DNA from: Caecitellus pseudoparvulus | Taxonomy: Eukaryota > Protista > Bigyra: Bicosoecida | Direction: 5' to 3' | DNA length: 64,000 nucleotides | Assembly (NCBI GenBank): GCA_965644315.1 | Contig: CBFFRQ010000013.1 | Span: 434,001-498,000, forward strand | Shown: in pieces, positions 55,324 through 64,000 of the stretch | How the letters are laid out: every line of letters starts with the position of its first letter | How positions within the stretch are numbered: position 1 is the stretch's first letter | Position numbers and translations under genes: made by a program | Notes under the pieces: generated by a model | Databases searched by the model: none | What the model was told of the DNA's origin: nothing | The model's input: the letters and a program-made list of their open reading frames with translations, nothing else

Positions 55324-56898
55324 ATGAGTGACTCCGGCGCGCAGCATCCCGTGCTCATGCAGACCCCCACCGTGTTGCAGATAACAAAGCAACATGGCGA
55401 AGGTTGGGATGTTCGGCGGATCACCACAGAGGGAGTGCGCGCTGTGGTGAGCAAGTCCACGAGTGACCTGCCTGTTGCTGCGGAAATTGCTTCCGTGGCG
55501 CCGCGAGGGGAGGCCTGCGCGGACTCTGCGCGGATGCCAGGCAGCACCGAGGTGGGCGACACGCTCATATTCCTTCAGACGGGGCCCGTACTTTCCCCGA
55601 GCAATGTGCGCGAAGTCGCAGCTCTTGCGGGACAGGAACCCCTCCACGGAGCAGGACATGCTGCGGTGCTGGCGGTTGAGCACGGGGCGCTGACTGACCT
55701 GCTATGCAAAGTACCCTGCCGCGTTCGCAACATTTCCAAAGCTACACAAGTCCAGATTAAGGGGGTTGAGGACGTCATTCGCTTGCTGGGCGTCCTCCGA
55801 AGGCGGGCGAGCACGAGCCGGGTAAGCAGAGACCAGACCCTGGTCTTGAACATCAGCGCCCCGGAGAACCAAGCAGTCCTTCGCCTCATTCATGTGCCGC
55901 TGAGCGTGTGGGGCAGTAGCGGGGCTGCTCAGTCTCGCACAGGCGCTGCCATCGCGTCGCTGTTGCGAGTCACAGGAGTCCTCGCGGAGGCGTCTGCGAC
56001 TCTTCTCGCAGCCCAGTGTCTGCAAGGCCCAACATACTCGAGGCCAGCGCTGCAACAGAGAGTGCCGTGCACTGCTCAGACCCGCACTAGCTCAACTCGC
56101 TTTCATGTTCCATTTCGTGACTGCATTCTTGGCCAGCTGTTGCGACCTGGGCTGCTCAGTTTCAGGGGCGCCCGCTTGGTGGTTCTGTGTCCTCCTTCAG
56201 AATGCGAGCTGCCATCAGCCTTCCTGTCCTTCTTAGCACATGTCATTCCCCTGCTCCCTCTCGCTCCGTTTGTGGGGGGCAGTGCTGCTTGCACTCTGGA
56301 CCTGTACAGCCCGCCTGTGGCGGAGACCGCCGCGCACAGCTTGCTGAGCCACGCAACTCTTCGTGAGTGGCTCTTCAGTGGGCGAGCTCCAATTGGGACA
56401 AGCAATCAAGGAGAGGGACACCTAGCGGCAACAAATTCCACCACTTTGCCAGATTCGCCACGCTCCTCGTCGGGCAGCCAGCACAGCAGCGCCCCCCCGG
56501 CGAGTCAGAGTGGCACTCCCAAGGAACCACTTCTCCAGCCCATTCACTACCCCCGGCCAGTTTCGTCGCCGCTAAGGATGCCATCGATGCAGCCACTATC
56601 TCAGCAACGTCTGAGCCCGCCCGTCATGCGCAGCGTGGTGCGTGCGTTGTTCGGGAGCGCGTCCAGCAGCCCGAGGCATCTTCGTGCTGCAAATGATGCT
56701 CGAACTGGCAAGCAGTCTGAATCGTGCCAAGGCACGTTGGATTCCCACAGCTTGCCTGCTCTTGGATCACCCCTTGTAAACATGGTGTTCACTGCTGCAG
56801 CCCGCGTGCACGAGGTCTGCAAACGGCTGGATGTGACGGACGGCAGCAGTGTCGCAGCTCTCCAGGCTGGGGAGGAGGAGCAGAGCACACATACCTGA
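55324..56898 (+). CDS. Degenerate kinesin-motor-like protein (pseudo-kinesin); may extend by splicing to about 57204
   Basis: Collinear kinesin landmarks: TLIFLQTG, LTDLL, QVQIKGVEDVIRLL, IASLLRVTGVLA, HVPFRDCILGQLLRPGL...VVLCPPS; catalytic motifs absent. Confidence 0.55.
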   Translation: MSDSGAQHPVLMQTPTVLQITKQHGEGWDVRRITTEGVRAVVSKSTSDLPVAAEIASVAPRGEACADSARMPGSTEVGDTLIFLQTGPVLSPSNVREVAALAGQEPLHGAGHAAVLAVEHGALTDLLCKVPCRVRNISKATQVQIKGVEDVIRLLGVLRRRASTSRVSRDQTLVLNISAPENQAVLRLIHVPLSVWGSSGAAQSRTGAAIASLLRVTGVLAEASATLLAAQCLQGPTYSRPALQQRVPCTAQTRTSSTRFHVPFRDCILGQLLRPGLLSFRGARLVVLCPPSECELPSAFLSFLAHVIPLLPLAPFVGGSAACTLDLYSPPVAETAAHSLLSHATLREWLFSGRAPIGTSNQGEGHLAATNSTTLPDSPRSSSGSQHSSAPPASQSGTPKEPLLQPIHYPRPVSSPLRMPSMQPLSQQRLSPPVMRSVVRALFGSASSSPRHLRAANDARTGKQSESCQGTLDSHSLPALGSPLVNMVFTAAARVHEVCKRLDVTDGSSVAALQAGEEEQSTHT

Positions 56899-57210
56899 TG
56901 AGGTACCGGCCACCTGAAAACGTGGAGCGTAACATATTGCAGGCTTCCAGATGAGAATGACGCGTGCCTTGTTTGTCAAGGTCTAAAGTCAAGCACATCT
57001 GACTTGCTGTCGCCGTTCCTTCACACATCCCGTTACTGGAAACTTGAGGAGAAGAGCAAATCAAACAGTCCTCCCCAGAGCCGAGCCGCGTCTCTTGTTC
57101 CGACACTTCATACGAGAAGCAGCTCTCACCTGCCCTGCGAAAGCTTGACCTGCTCGGGGGCACCGCCTGCCTTGACGGTTGTGCATCCAAGCCAGTGCAG
57201 TTGAGTCACG

Positions 57211-58709
57211 ATGCAAGGGGTTTCAATGCACACGCAGCAGAGTGCAGCCCGCCAAGAGGAAGCTCACGGAGCCGTGGACAAAGTGTTCCATAACATCAAA
57301 GAGAAGATATCTTTGCTGGAGGAGAAACGGCGGAGACAAGGGGAGCTGTTTGTGAAGGCAAGTGTCGTTAGTGGCGCCAGACACGGACATCAGCCCGCAC
57401 GGTCGGCGCTGCGACGCCCCTTGCTCAGATCCAACAACAGAGGATTATGGTTCTGAAGGCGAGAAAAGACGTTCATGCGGAGCAAGCTGAGCTTGAGCAG
57501 TCGAAGCAGTGGTGAGTTGGGTCGGTCGCGGTGGCAGCACGCAACGCTCGTGAAACGCCGTTGGCCATGGCCCACCATGCTCGCAGGCTGGAGGACGCCC
57601 TGCAGTCCAAATGGATGCAAGATGCAAGTGAGGAAGCTCAGCAGGCCCGTGTGCGTGTAAACGTGGGGGGGCAAATCTTCGAGACGACCAAGGCGGTGTT
57701 GTGCAAGGAGCCAGAGTCGAGGCTCGCTGCGGTGGCTGCAAAGTTCTTGGCACAGGTGGTGGAAGCCAGGGACAGTGCGCGAGCTGCTGATGCAGGCACG
57801 CCCCCAACAGGAAGCGCAGAGGACACTGCGCAGGCCGCCTCTGCTATTCCTGCGCTGTCCATCACGGCGGAAGGAGGTGCAGCCACAACTCGTTTTGACG
57901 CTGCCGAGGCTGTTGAGCCGCCCTTCTTCGACCGGGACTGGTGGTTGTTCAGGTACATCTTGCAGTGTCTTCGTGAGGGGGCCGCCGCCCTGCCCCAGGA
58001 CCGGTCTCTGCTGAAGCAGTTGTTCAGCGAGGCTGGGTTCTGGCGCTTGACTGCGCTGCAGGAGGACATTCGCACCCTGTACATGAGACTGGCAGCTCGT
58101 GAAGCTGACGCGGAGGCTTTTCTGGGCGCCTCAGAGCCTCCGCCCCACCAAGTCCTGGCCCAGGTTGCATGCATGCCTCCATCTTCTCGACCAATGACTT
58201 CGTCGCAAGCGCTTCAAGCCACGCAGCCTTGGCCCGCTGAGCTGCCCTCCGTGCCGCAGCCGTACATGCCAATAGCACCTGGTGCTCCCGTGTGGCAGCC
58301 CTCCACAGCCCCACCGCCAGGGAGCTTGCGGCCAGGCGTGGCGCCGCAGCCTCAGCCCTCACCCAGCCCATACTGGAACTACGCCCAGTCTCAGCCATGG
58401 CCCACCCACAGCGGGCCCTCCTCCACGCCTTACGCCAGCACCAGCGCCCCCACTGGCCTCGCAGCGAAGGCGGCCATGGTCGGCTACACCCCCCCAACAG
58501 ATGCTTCAGCGTGGGCTGCTCGACCGCAGCCTGCCGCGCCGGGGTCGTTTGGGGGGAGGCCACCTCTTGCAGGAGGCACAGCTGCACAAGCAGGCCTCTC
58601 TTCCAGCCAGGGGTGGCCAACTTCAGCAGTGCCAGGCCTTGCATCTGGACTGCCGGGTTCCGTGTCCAGGGTAACGCCCCACTCCTCAGCAGGCTCAGCC
58701 ATGCTTTGA
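57211..58709 (+). CDS. BTB/POZ (KCTD/T1-type) domain protein; 3 exons including a GC-AG intron
   Basis: VRVNVGGQIFETTKAVL...FFDRDWWLFRYILQCLREG...EAGFWRL; introns 57358-57428 (GC-AG) and 57512-57586. Confidence 0.8.
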
Positions 58710-58828
58710 GACTGTCGTGTCAAACAAAACTTGGTGTCTGCCACCCAATGCAATCACATTCATCGAGGTCGGAAATGCAAGCTACTACCACCGGGAACTT
58801 GCCCCCTGCTTGTCACCCTGGCTCGAGC

Positions 58829-61800
58829 ATGGCGGCGGAATCGCAGCTGGACGTGCCAATTTCCGCAGCGCAGCTTGCCCGGCAAGGCCTAGACGAGTTC
58901 GCTGCGGGCAAGCATGCGCGAGCCGCCCGCACGCTGAGCTCAGCCTTAGAGTGCTGCTCCGTGGGCGAGCAACCTGCTTTGTTGTGCAATCGGGCAGCGT
59001 GTTACCTGGGTGAGGCACCTGTCACAGCCCCTGGCGCAGGCCTGTGTCACTTCTGTCATTTCCCGTGCGTTTTTCAGCCGTGCGCATGTATCGAAAGTGC
59101 ATTAAGGATTGCATCACTTGCCTGAAACACAAATCGGACGCCCTCACTGCGTTTATCCTGCATGGTGCGTGCAGCGCAGCAGCGCGTGCGGAGGCGGTTG
59201 AGCTGAACCTCTCTGTCACGTCTTGCAGGAAACGCATTGGCCGCTCAAGGGAAAGCCCAACAGGCCCAGCAAGTTTGGGCCGCAGGCGTGGAATGCGCAA
59301 GGAGTTCTCCTCTCTGTGACATCACAGCCTACGCCCGCCTTTTGGCACTTGTGCAGGGTGGGCTCCGTTCACAAGAGGTTGCGTCAGTGCTTTGCGTGGC
59401 CGATGCCGAGAAGCCGCTCCAGCGCCAGTCCCAGCCCCGCTCAGGACCAGCTGCTCCACCCAGCAGTGAAGTCCTGCCATCAAAAGCCGACTCTGCGCTT
59501 GATCCTGTCCTTGCGAGCACTGACACACCAGAAGAGGCGTCCGAGGTCGCGCATGAGGCAATACGTGGAAGCACAGCCAGCGCAGCTGGCGGCACGCATA
59601 CAAGCAGGGCAGTGTCTGACCAAGGCTCCACCCGCAAGTCACCTGCACAAGCTGGTGAGGGACAGGCATCCTCTTTGGCATCCTTACCGGGGCCCCTGGC
59701 CACAAAAGTGGTGCAGGCTGTGGTGGCTGGAAACGAACTTGTAAACACTGCGCGGTACGCCGAGGCAGAAGCAGTCTTTTCAGCGATGTTGGAAGTGGTG
59801 TCGTCAGTCGTGGAACTCTGGCTGGGAAGGGGCTCAGCACGGGCGATGAGGGGGAACCTTGTCGGGGCTCTGCAGGACTTCGATGCGGCCGTCAAGGTGA
59901 ACCCAAAGCACGTGGACGCACACAAGCGCAGAGGGCAGGTCTTACAGGCATTGGGAAGGCCTGAGGAGGCAGTGCAGGCGATGAACCGAGCTTCCCAACT
60001 GCTCTCAAGTCAAGCTGAATCCGGGGGCAAGGCTGCAAGCGGTGAGCACACGGCGCCTGGTGCGGCTGGGATGCCTTCGTCAGCAGGCGAAGTCGGTGCG
60101 GCTCGATTGCACTTGCTCCTACAGAAAGGCAAAGCCCTCTTTGCTTCACAGGACTTTGAAGGGGCCGTGCTTGACTTTCAAGAGGCTACACGCCTGGATC
60201 CCACGTGTGGCGAAGCCTGGGACCTGCTGGGGCGATCCTTGTCCACTTTGGGGCTGTGCAAGGCAGCTGTGCGCGCAGGTGAGCGAGCTGTGTCCCTGCT
60301 TCCGAAATCAGGGCCTGCATTGCTGAATCTTGCCGCTGCCCACCGACTTTGGGGATCAGGGAGCGCGGCTTTGAGGGTGATGAACCGTGCTGTGGGCCTG
60401 GGCGGTGACTCAGCGCTCGCTGCGCGGAGCGTTCGCAGCATGCTGCTTCATCAGCTCGGACACACTGCAGCAGCTGTTCAAGACATCCAAACTGTGGTTG
60501 CTGCTCACCATGGAGGTGTGGAGGCAAAGTTTGTGCTCGCAATGGCGCTGCATGCCCTCGGGAGATGGAGCGAGGCTATTCCGCTGTACGATGCCGTTGT
60601 GAGGAAGGACCCTGCGCACATGGCCTTCTCTCAGAGGGACTGGGCTGTGTACCAAGCACGGTGGGCAGACGAGAGGTTGTGGCCACACCTCTCCATTTCT
60701 GGTGTGGGTGCGCCTGTTGCAGCAGGGCCACCAGCACACTTCAGCGAGGCGGGGTACTTCCCAGACAAGCGGGTGCCTGCTGGGTGGAAAGAAGGGTTCA
60801 CGAAGCGACTGGGCAAGACAACATGGGCTGCCATGGCGTCGAATGGGCTTGTCCCCGAACCAGCTGCCTTGGAGGGCATGGCGCCGGACGTGTGCCCCAC
60901 AGACTTGACCACACCAGCTGCTGTTTCAGCTGCCTGGGCCACAGCGACAGCGCTAGGTGATGGAGTGCAAGCCAGCCCACTGAGAACAGCACCTTCCTCG
61001 CCTGTACAAGTCCTTTTGACTGCAGCAAAGCAGGTTGGGCGCATGCTGCAGTATGGCGGCAGCCCTGGCTTCCTTAGAAACGAAAGGCAGCACCTCCAGT
61101 TCGGGCTGGCTGCCATTCACATTGCCCAAGTAGCCCAGAAGGCAATGGATCCATCCACTCAAGTGACTGTACCGGACTGCGCGAGCTCCACTTCACAGCA
61201 CGAGGCAGACGAAGCAGGCTCATCACGTTCCTCGACCACGCAGCACAGGCTCTACTGGAGAGACTTCATGGACATTGCAGTCGTGTGGCGGCAGTTGAGC
61301 GATCCGTTTGACCCAGTGTGGTACTTGGACCGGTTAACTTCGGAAGGTTTCGCGGAAGGATTCGGGCTGCAAACTCCCATGGTGTCAGGCCAGCAGCATG
61401 TGCCCCGCTACTTCCCGTACAGCAGCCGAGCTCTGGCGATCGTGAAAGTGCTTGTCCTCAAGGAGCGCGAAGTGCAAGATAGCACGCGTGAAGCGCTTCG
61501 ACAGGCTTCCTCACCTGGGCAAGTGTACGAGGCACTGGGAGGGCAGGACTTTTTTGTCGAGACGCCCTGCTATTCCTCTCTGCACCCTCCTCCCTCCGCC
61601 TCATTAGTACCACTCAGGCCTTCTCCAACATCTGCCAAGTCCCTGCAGCCTCCAGACCGAGATGATGTTGCTTGCTATGAAGTGACTACATCGGTTGGAG
61701 GATGTGAGTCTGTCTCTGCCGCTGGCAGGCTGCCACCAGCGCAGGGTGTGGTGCTGGCGGGGACTCGACTGACCATTACTTCCAAAGAGGGTGCACCTGG

Positions 61801-62371
61801 GCACATGTTCACCATCCGAACTCCAGGCACCCCCAAGAGATGGGCCGCCATGTCTGCAGAAATCGATCATGCGTTGCGAGAGTTCTTGGCTGCTGCACAG
61901 ACCGGGAATCGTGCCGAGCTTGCGCCAATGGTGCTTCGAGTGTACTTCTACATTGTCAACATGGGTCCCTTGACCCGGGGATCATCAGCAGTCGCCATGG
62001 CCATGTTGGCAGGCTTGTCCATGGCATGCGGGCTGCCCTTGTCGCTGCCAATGACAAAGGGCGTGCAACTTGATTGGGAGGCCATTCTAACGCCAACACC
62101 TGCCTGCTTTACTGCACGAGTGCTCCCCATGGTCTTTCAGTCAGTGTGGCAGGAAGCGAATTGCTCAGGGCAGCTGGGCCATGCAGCCGGCGACGAGCCA
62201 GCAAGCAACACGGGCGATTCAACCTCCGTGCGACCGGAAGAATTGCCTTGTGTGCCAGAGTGCTTTCCTTGTCTGCGTAGCATTGTGGCTGCAATGGGGC
62301 ACGCCCCAGATGTGCACCCTTGTGGGCTGGGGGAGATCACTTCAGCACCGCCTGCAGGAAGTGATTCATGA
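58829..62371 (+). CDS. TTC13: TPR protein of the TTC13/SRFR1 family; 3 exons
   Basis: Multiple TPRs; WRDFMDIAVVWRQLSDP, TPMVSGQ...RYFPY, FTIRTPGTPKRW, NMGPLTRGSSA, GVQLDWEAIL. Confidence 0.82.
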
Positions 62372-63956
62372 ATGTGCCGTGGGGGTCCAGCTCACTCCGA
62401 AGTTGCTGCCAAGCCTTCATCCGCGGATACATCGCCTGCATAGCTTCCGGCGGCGCCTGAAAGCGCTTGGCCCAATGTGGCCTCCCCCCGAGCTTCAAGC
62501 AGATGTCTTCGAAGGCGTTAAAGTATCGGCTCAGCTCAGCTTCTGATGCATGGCCAAGGCCGATGGTTATGTGGCATGTGCTGTCACACAGCAGTGCTCT
62601 GGACGGCCCTCCAGCGAGCTTTGCCTCAGGGGAGCAAAGGCGCTTTTCACGCTCTGAAAGCAAGTGCTTGTGCTCATCAAAAGTGGGGCCGGCAAGTGAG
62701 GGGTCGTGTGCTGGGTGGTACGCCATGCTGAGCCAATCCCCGTCTCGGGCGACAAAGCGAACCTCATGAACGAATTCACTGTACAGCTCAGCCCGTGCCA
62801 TCCACTCACGAAGCTGTTGCAGGGCATCAGAGCAAGCCACCCCAGGAACTGCGTACTCCATTTCAGTGTGCGGTGGAATGCGGAAGGGGATGATTTGGAC
62901 CCGGTCTGAGCGGGCCACTCGCGTCTTCGGCAATTCGAACAAGATCTCCTTCAGGAAGAGGTTGCTCCAGCGGCGAGCTGACGGGGCAAGCGATGTGAGC
63001 AGTGTAATGGACTCAACCACGTAAGAAAATGCAGTTGACACTGCATCTGGGATGGTGCTGAAGTCTTGGGTTAGGTCACGAGACCTGCCAGCTGCCTGAA
63101 CTGGAGGCAAGAGTTTCACACCTGCGGGTGTTGGGTCAAAGCCGCTCCCGTCACCTGCAACTCTCACTTGACTCATGACTACAGTTGATTCCGTGTGAGG
63201 TAGCATCCAGGCTTTAGAGGAATGACCTGAATCCACGATGAACTCCGATATGTTGCTGAGAAAGCTGCTGCTGGGCACTGTAAACTCGTGCACCATGGTG
63301 CGTGACACAGGAACCGTCTGAAGAGAAACACTGACAATGACGCCAAGTGCACCCAATCCAACCCTGACCGCAGGCAGTAGCTCAGGCTGCTCCTCGGCCG
63401 AGAAGGAACGGAGCTGGCCACGGCCATCCACAAGCTGCAGCCTCACCACTGCGCTGGACACAGAACGGTGCGTAGCTCCTGAGCCGTGGGTAGCGGTGGA
63501 AATCGCCCCTGCAATCGACTGTTCATTGACGCTAGGGACATTGTGCAAAGCCCTGCCTTTCTTTGCTAGCTCTTCATACAGCTCTGCGAGGCGCATGCCT
63601 CCCTGCACTGTTACCACTTCGCCGTTTGAGTCCCAGCCATCGATCTTGCAAAGGCAATCAAGTGAAAGCACGACAGATCCAGGCACAGGCGCCGCGATGG
63701 TGCTCCACGAATGCCCCGCTCCAATCACTTTCACCTTGGATCCTTGTTCAGAAGCCTCTCGGACGAGCCACTGGACCTCCCCAACGGTGCAGGGTCGTTG
63801 CACTGTATGGTTGGAGGAGGCCAGCTGCACCTTGCCATCCCAGTTCCAAGATGGGGCAGGGATGCGCCGCGTCATCGGAAAATGGACATGATTCACCTGA
63901 TGAAATACCCCGACGGCGATGGCCAGGAGCGCCACGCTCACGGCGCAGCTACGCAT
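62337..63956 (-). CDS. L-gulonolactone/D-arabinono-1,4-lactone oxidase-like FAD oxidoreductase
   Basis: N-terminal hydrophobic anchor, WNW, GAGHSWS (covalent-FAD His), IAGAISTATHGSG, EMEY, EVRFV, GRPHWAK, LDPHGTFMN. Confidence 0.87.
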   Translation of the reverse strand: MRSCAVSVALLAIAVGVFHQVNHVHFPMTRRIPAPSWNWDGKVQLASSNHTVQRPCTVGEVQWLVREASEQGSKVKVIGAGHSWSTIAAPVPGSVVLSLDCLCKIDGWDSNGEVVTVQGGMRLAELYEELAKKGRALHNVPSVNEQSIAGAISTATHGSGATHRSVSSAVVRLQLVDGRGQLRSFSAEEQPELLPAVRVGLGALGVIVSVSLQTVPVSRTMVHEFTVPSSSFLSNISEFIVDSGHSSKAWMLPHTESTVVMSQVRVAGDGSGFDPTPAGVKLLPPVQAAGRSRDLTQDFSTIPDAVSTAFSYVVESITLLTSLAPSARRWSNLFLKEILFELPKTRVARSDRVQIIPFRIPPHTEMEYAVPGVACSDALQQLREWMARAELYSEFVHEVRFVARDGDWLSMAYHPAHDPSLAGPTFDEHKHLLSEREKRLCSPEAKLAGGPSRALLCDSTCHITIGLGHASEAELSRYFNAFEDICLKLGGRPHWAKRFQAPPEAMQAMYPRMKAWQQLRSELDPHGTFMNHFLQAVLK

Positions 63957-63964
63957 GGCGGGCA

Positions 63965-63974
63965 GCGGAAATTG
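63965..63974. promoter_or_regulatory. GCGGAAATTG element 8 bp upstream of the GULO-like ATG (one of at least 8 exact copies near gene 5' ends)
   Basis: Same 10-mer at 11223, 20074, 28795, 29631, 50108, 55480 and 58857. Confidence 0.55.
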
Positions 63975-64000
63975 GCGTGGCTACCAACACGCCAAGGCGA

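Noticed and set aside
56896-56954. TGATG stop/start overlap after the pseudo-kinesin ORF
   Set aside because: Downstream ORF is only 18 codons; more likely intron or UTR sequence
4400-59230. Introner-like intron family or transposable elements
   Set aside because: Introns inspected share only splice and branch signals; no transposase, RT, TIR or LTR seen
1-64000. tRNA, rRNA or CRISPR arrays
   Set aside because: None recognised by eye; a covariance-model scan was not possible

Overview
Very compact, GC-rich eukaryotic genomic DNA with about 30 protein-coding genes, mostly short (about 60-210 nt) spliceosomal introns, and intergenic gaps often under 100 bp. Gene content (IQUB, a four-domain Cav channel, an AP2-domain protein, GULO-like oxidase, no plastid genes seen) suggests a flagellated protist, possibly a stramenopile; this is inference. 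Recognisable genes: kinesin-4, peroxisomal carnitine acyltransferase, ZCCHC8, LSM14, MED6, PSMB7, PHF5A, AP2+PZP chromatin protein, GDP-mannose transporter, Man1/Src1, BBOX/TMLD-type dioxygenase, Myb, mS23, Mis12, Cav, PTPMT1, sulfotransferase-like, p24, RecQ, COPI-associated, GT-A-like, PP2C, IQUB, KCTD, TTC13/SRFR1, GULO-like. Main discovery: a ~240-nt candidate telomerase RNA antisense inside the unusually long last intron of the Man1/Src1 gene (23614-23853, minus strand). It has a TTAGGG template, a core-enclosing helix, a pseudoknot closely resembling the human P2b/P3 triple-helix pseudoknot, a distal stem and a T6 terminator. Also found: a recurrent 5' element GCGG(A/T)AATTG, a candidate non-canonical poly(A) signal AATGCA, a degenerate pseudo-kinesin and a tandem YbjN-like protein. 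All exon boundaries, motif counts and RNA pairings were derived by eye.
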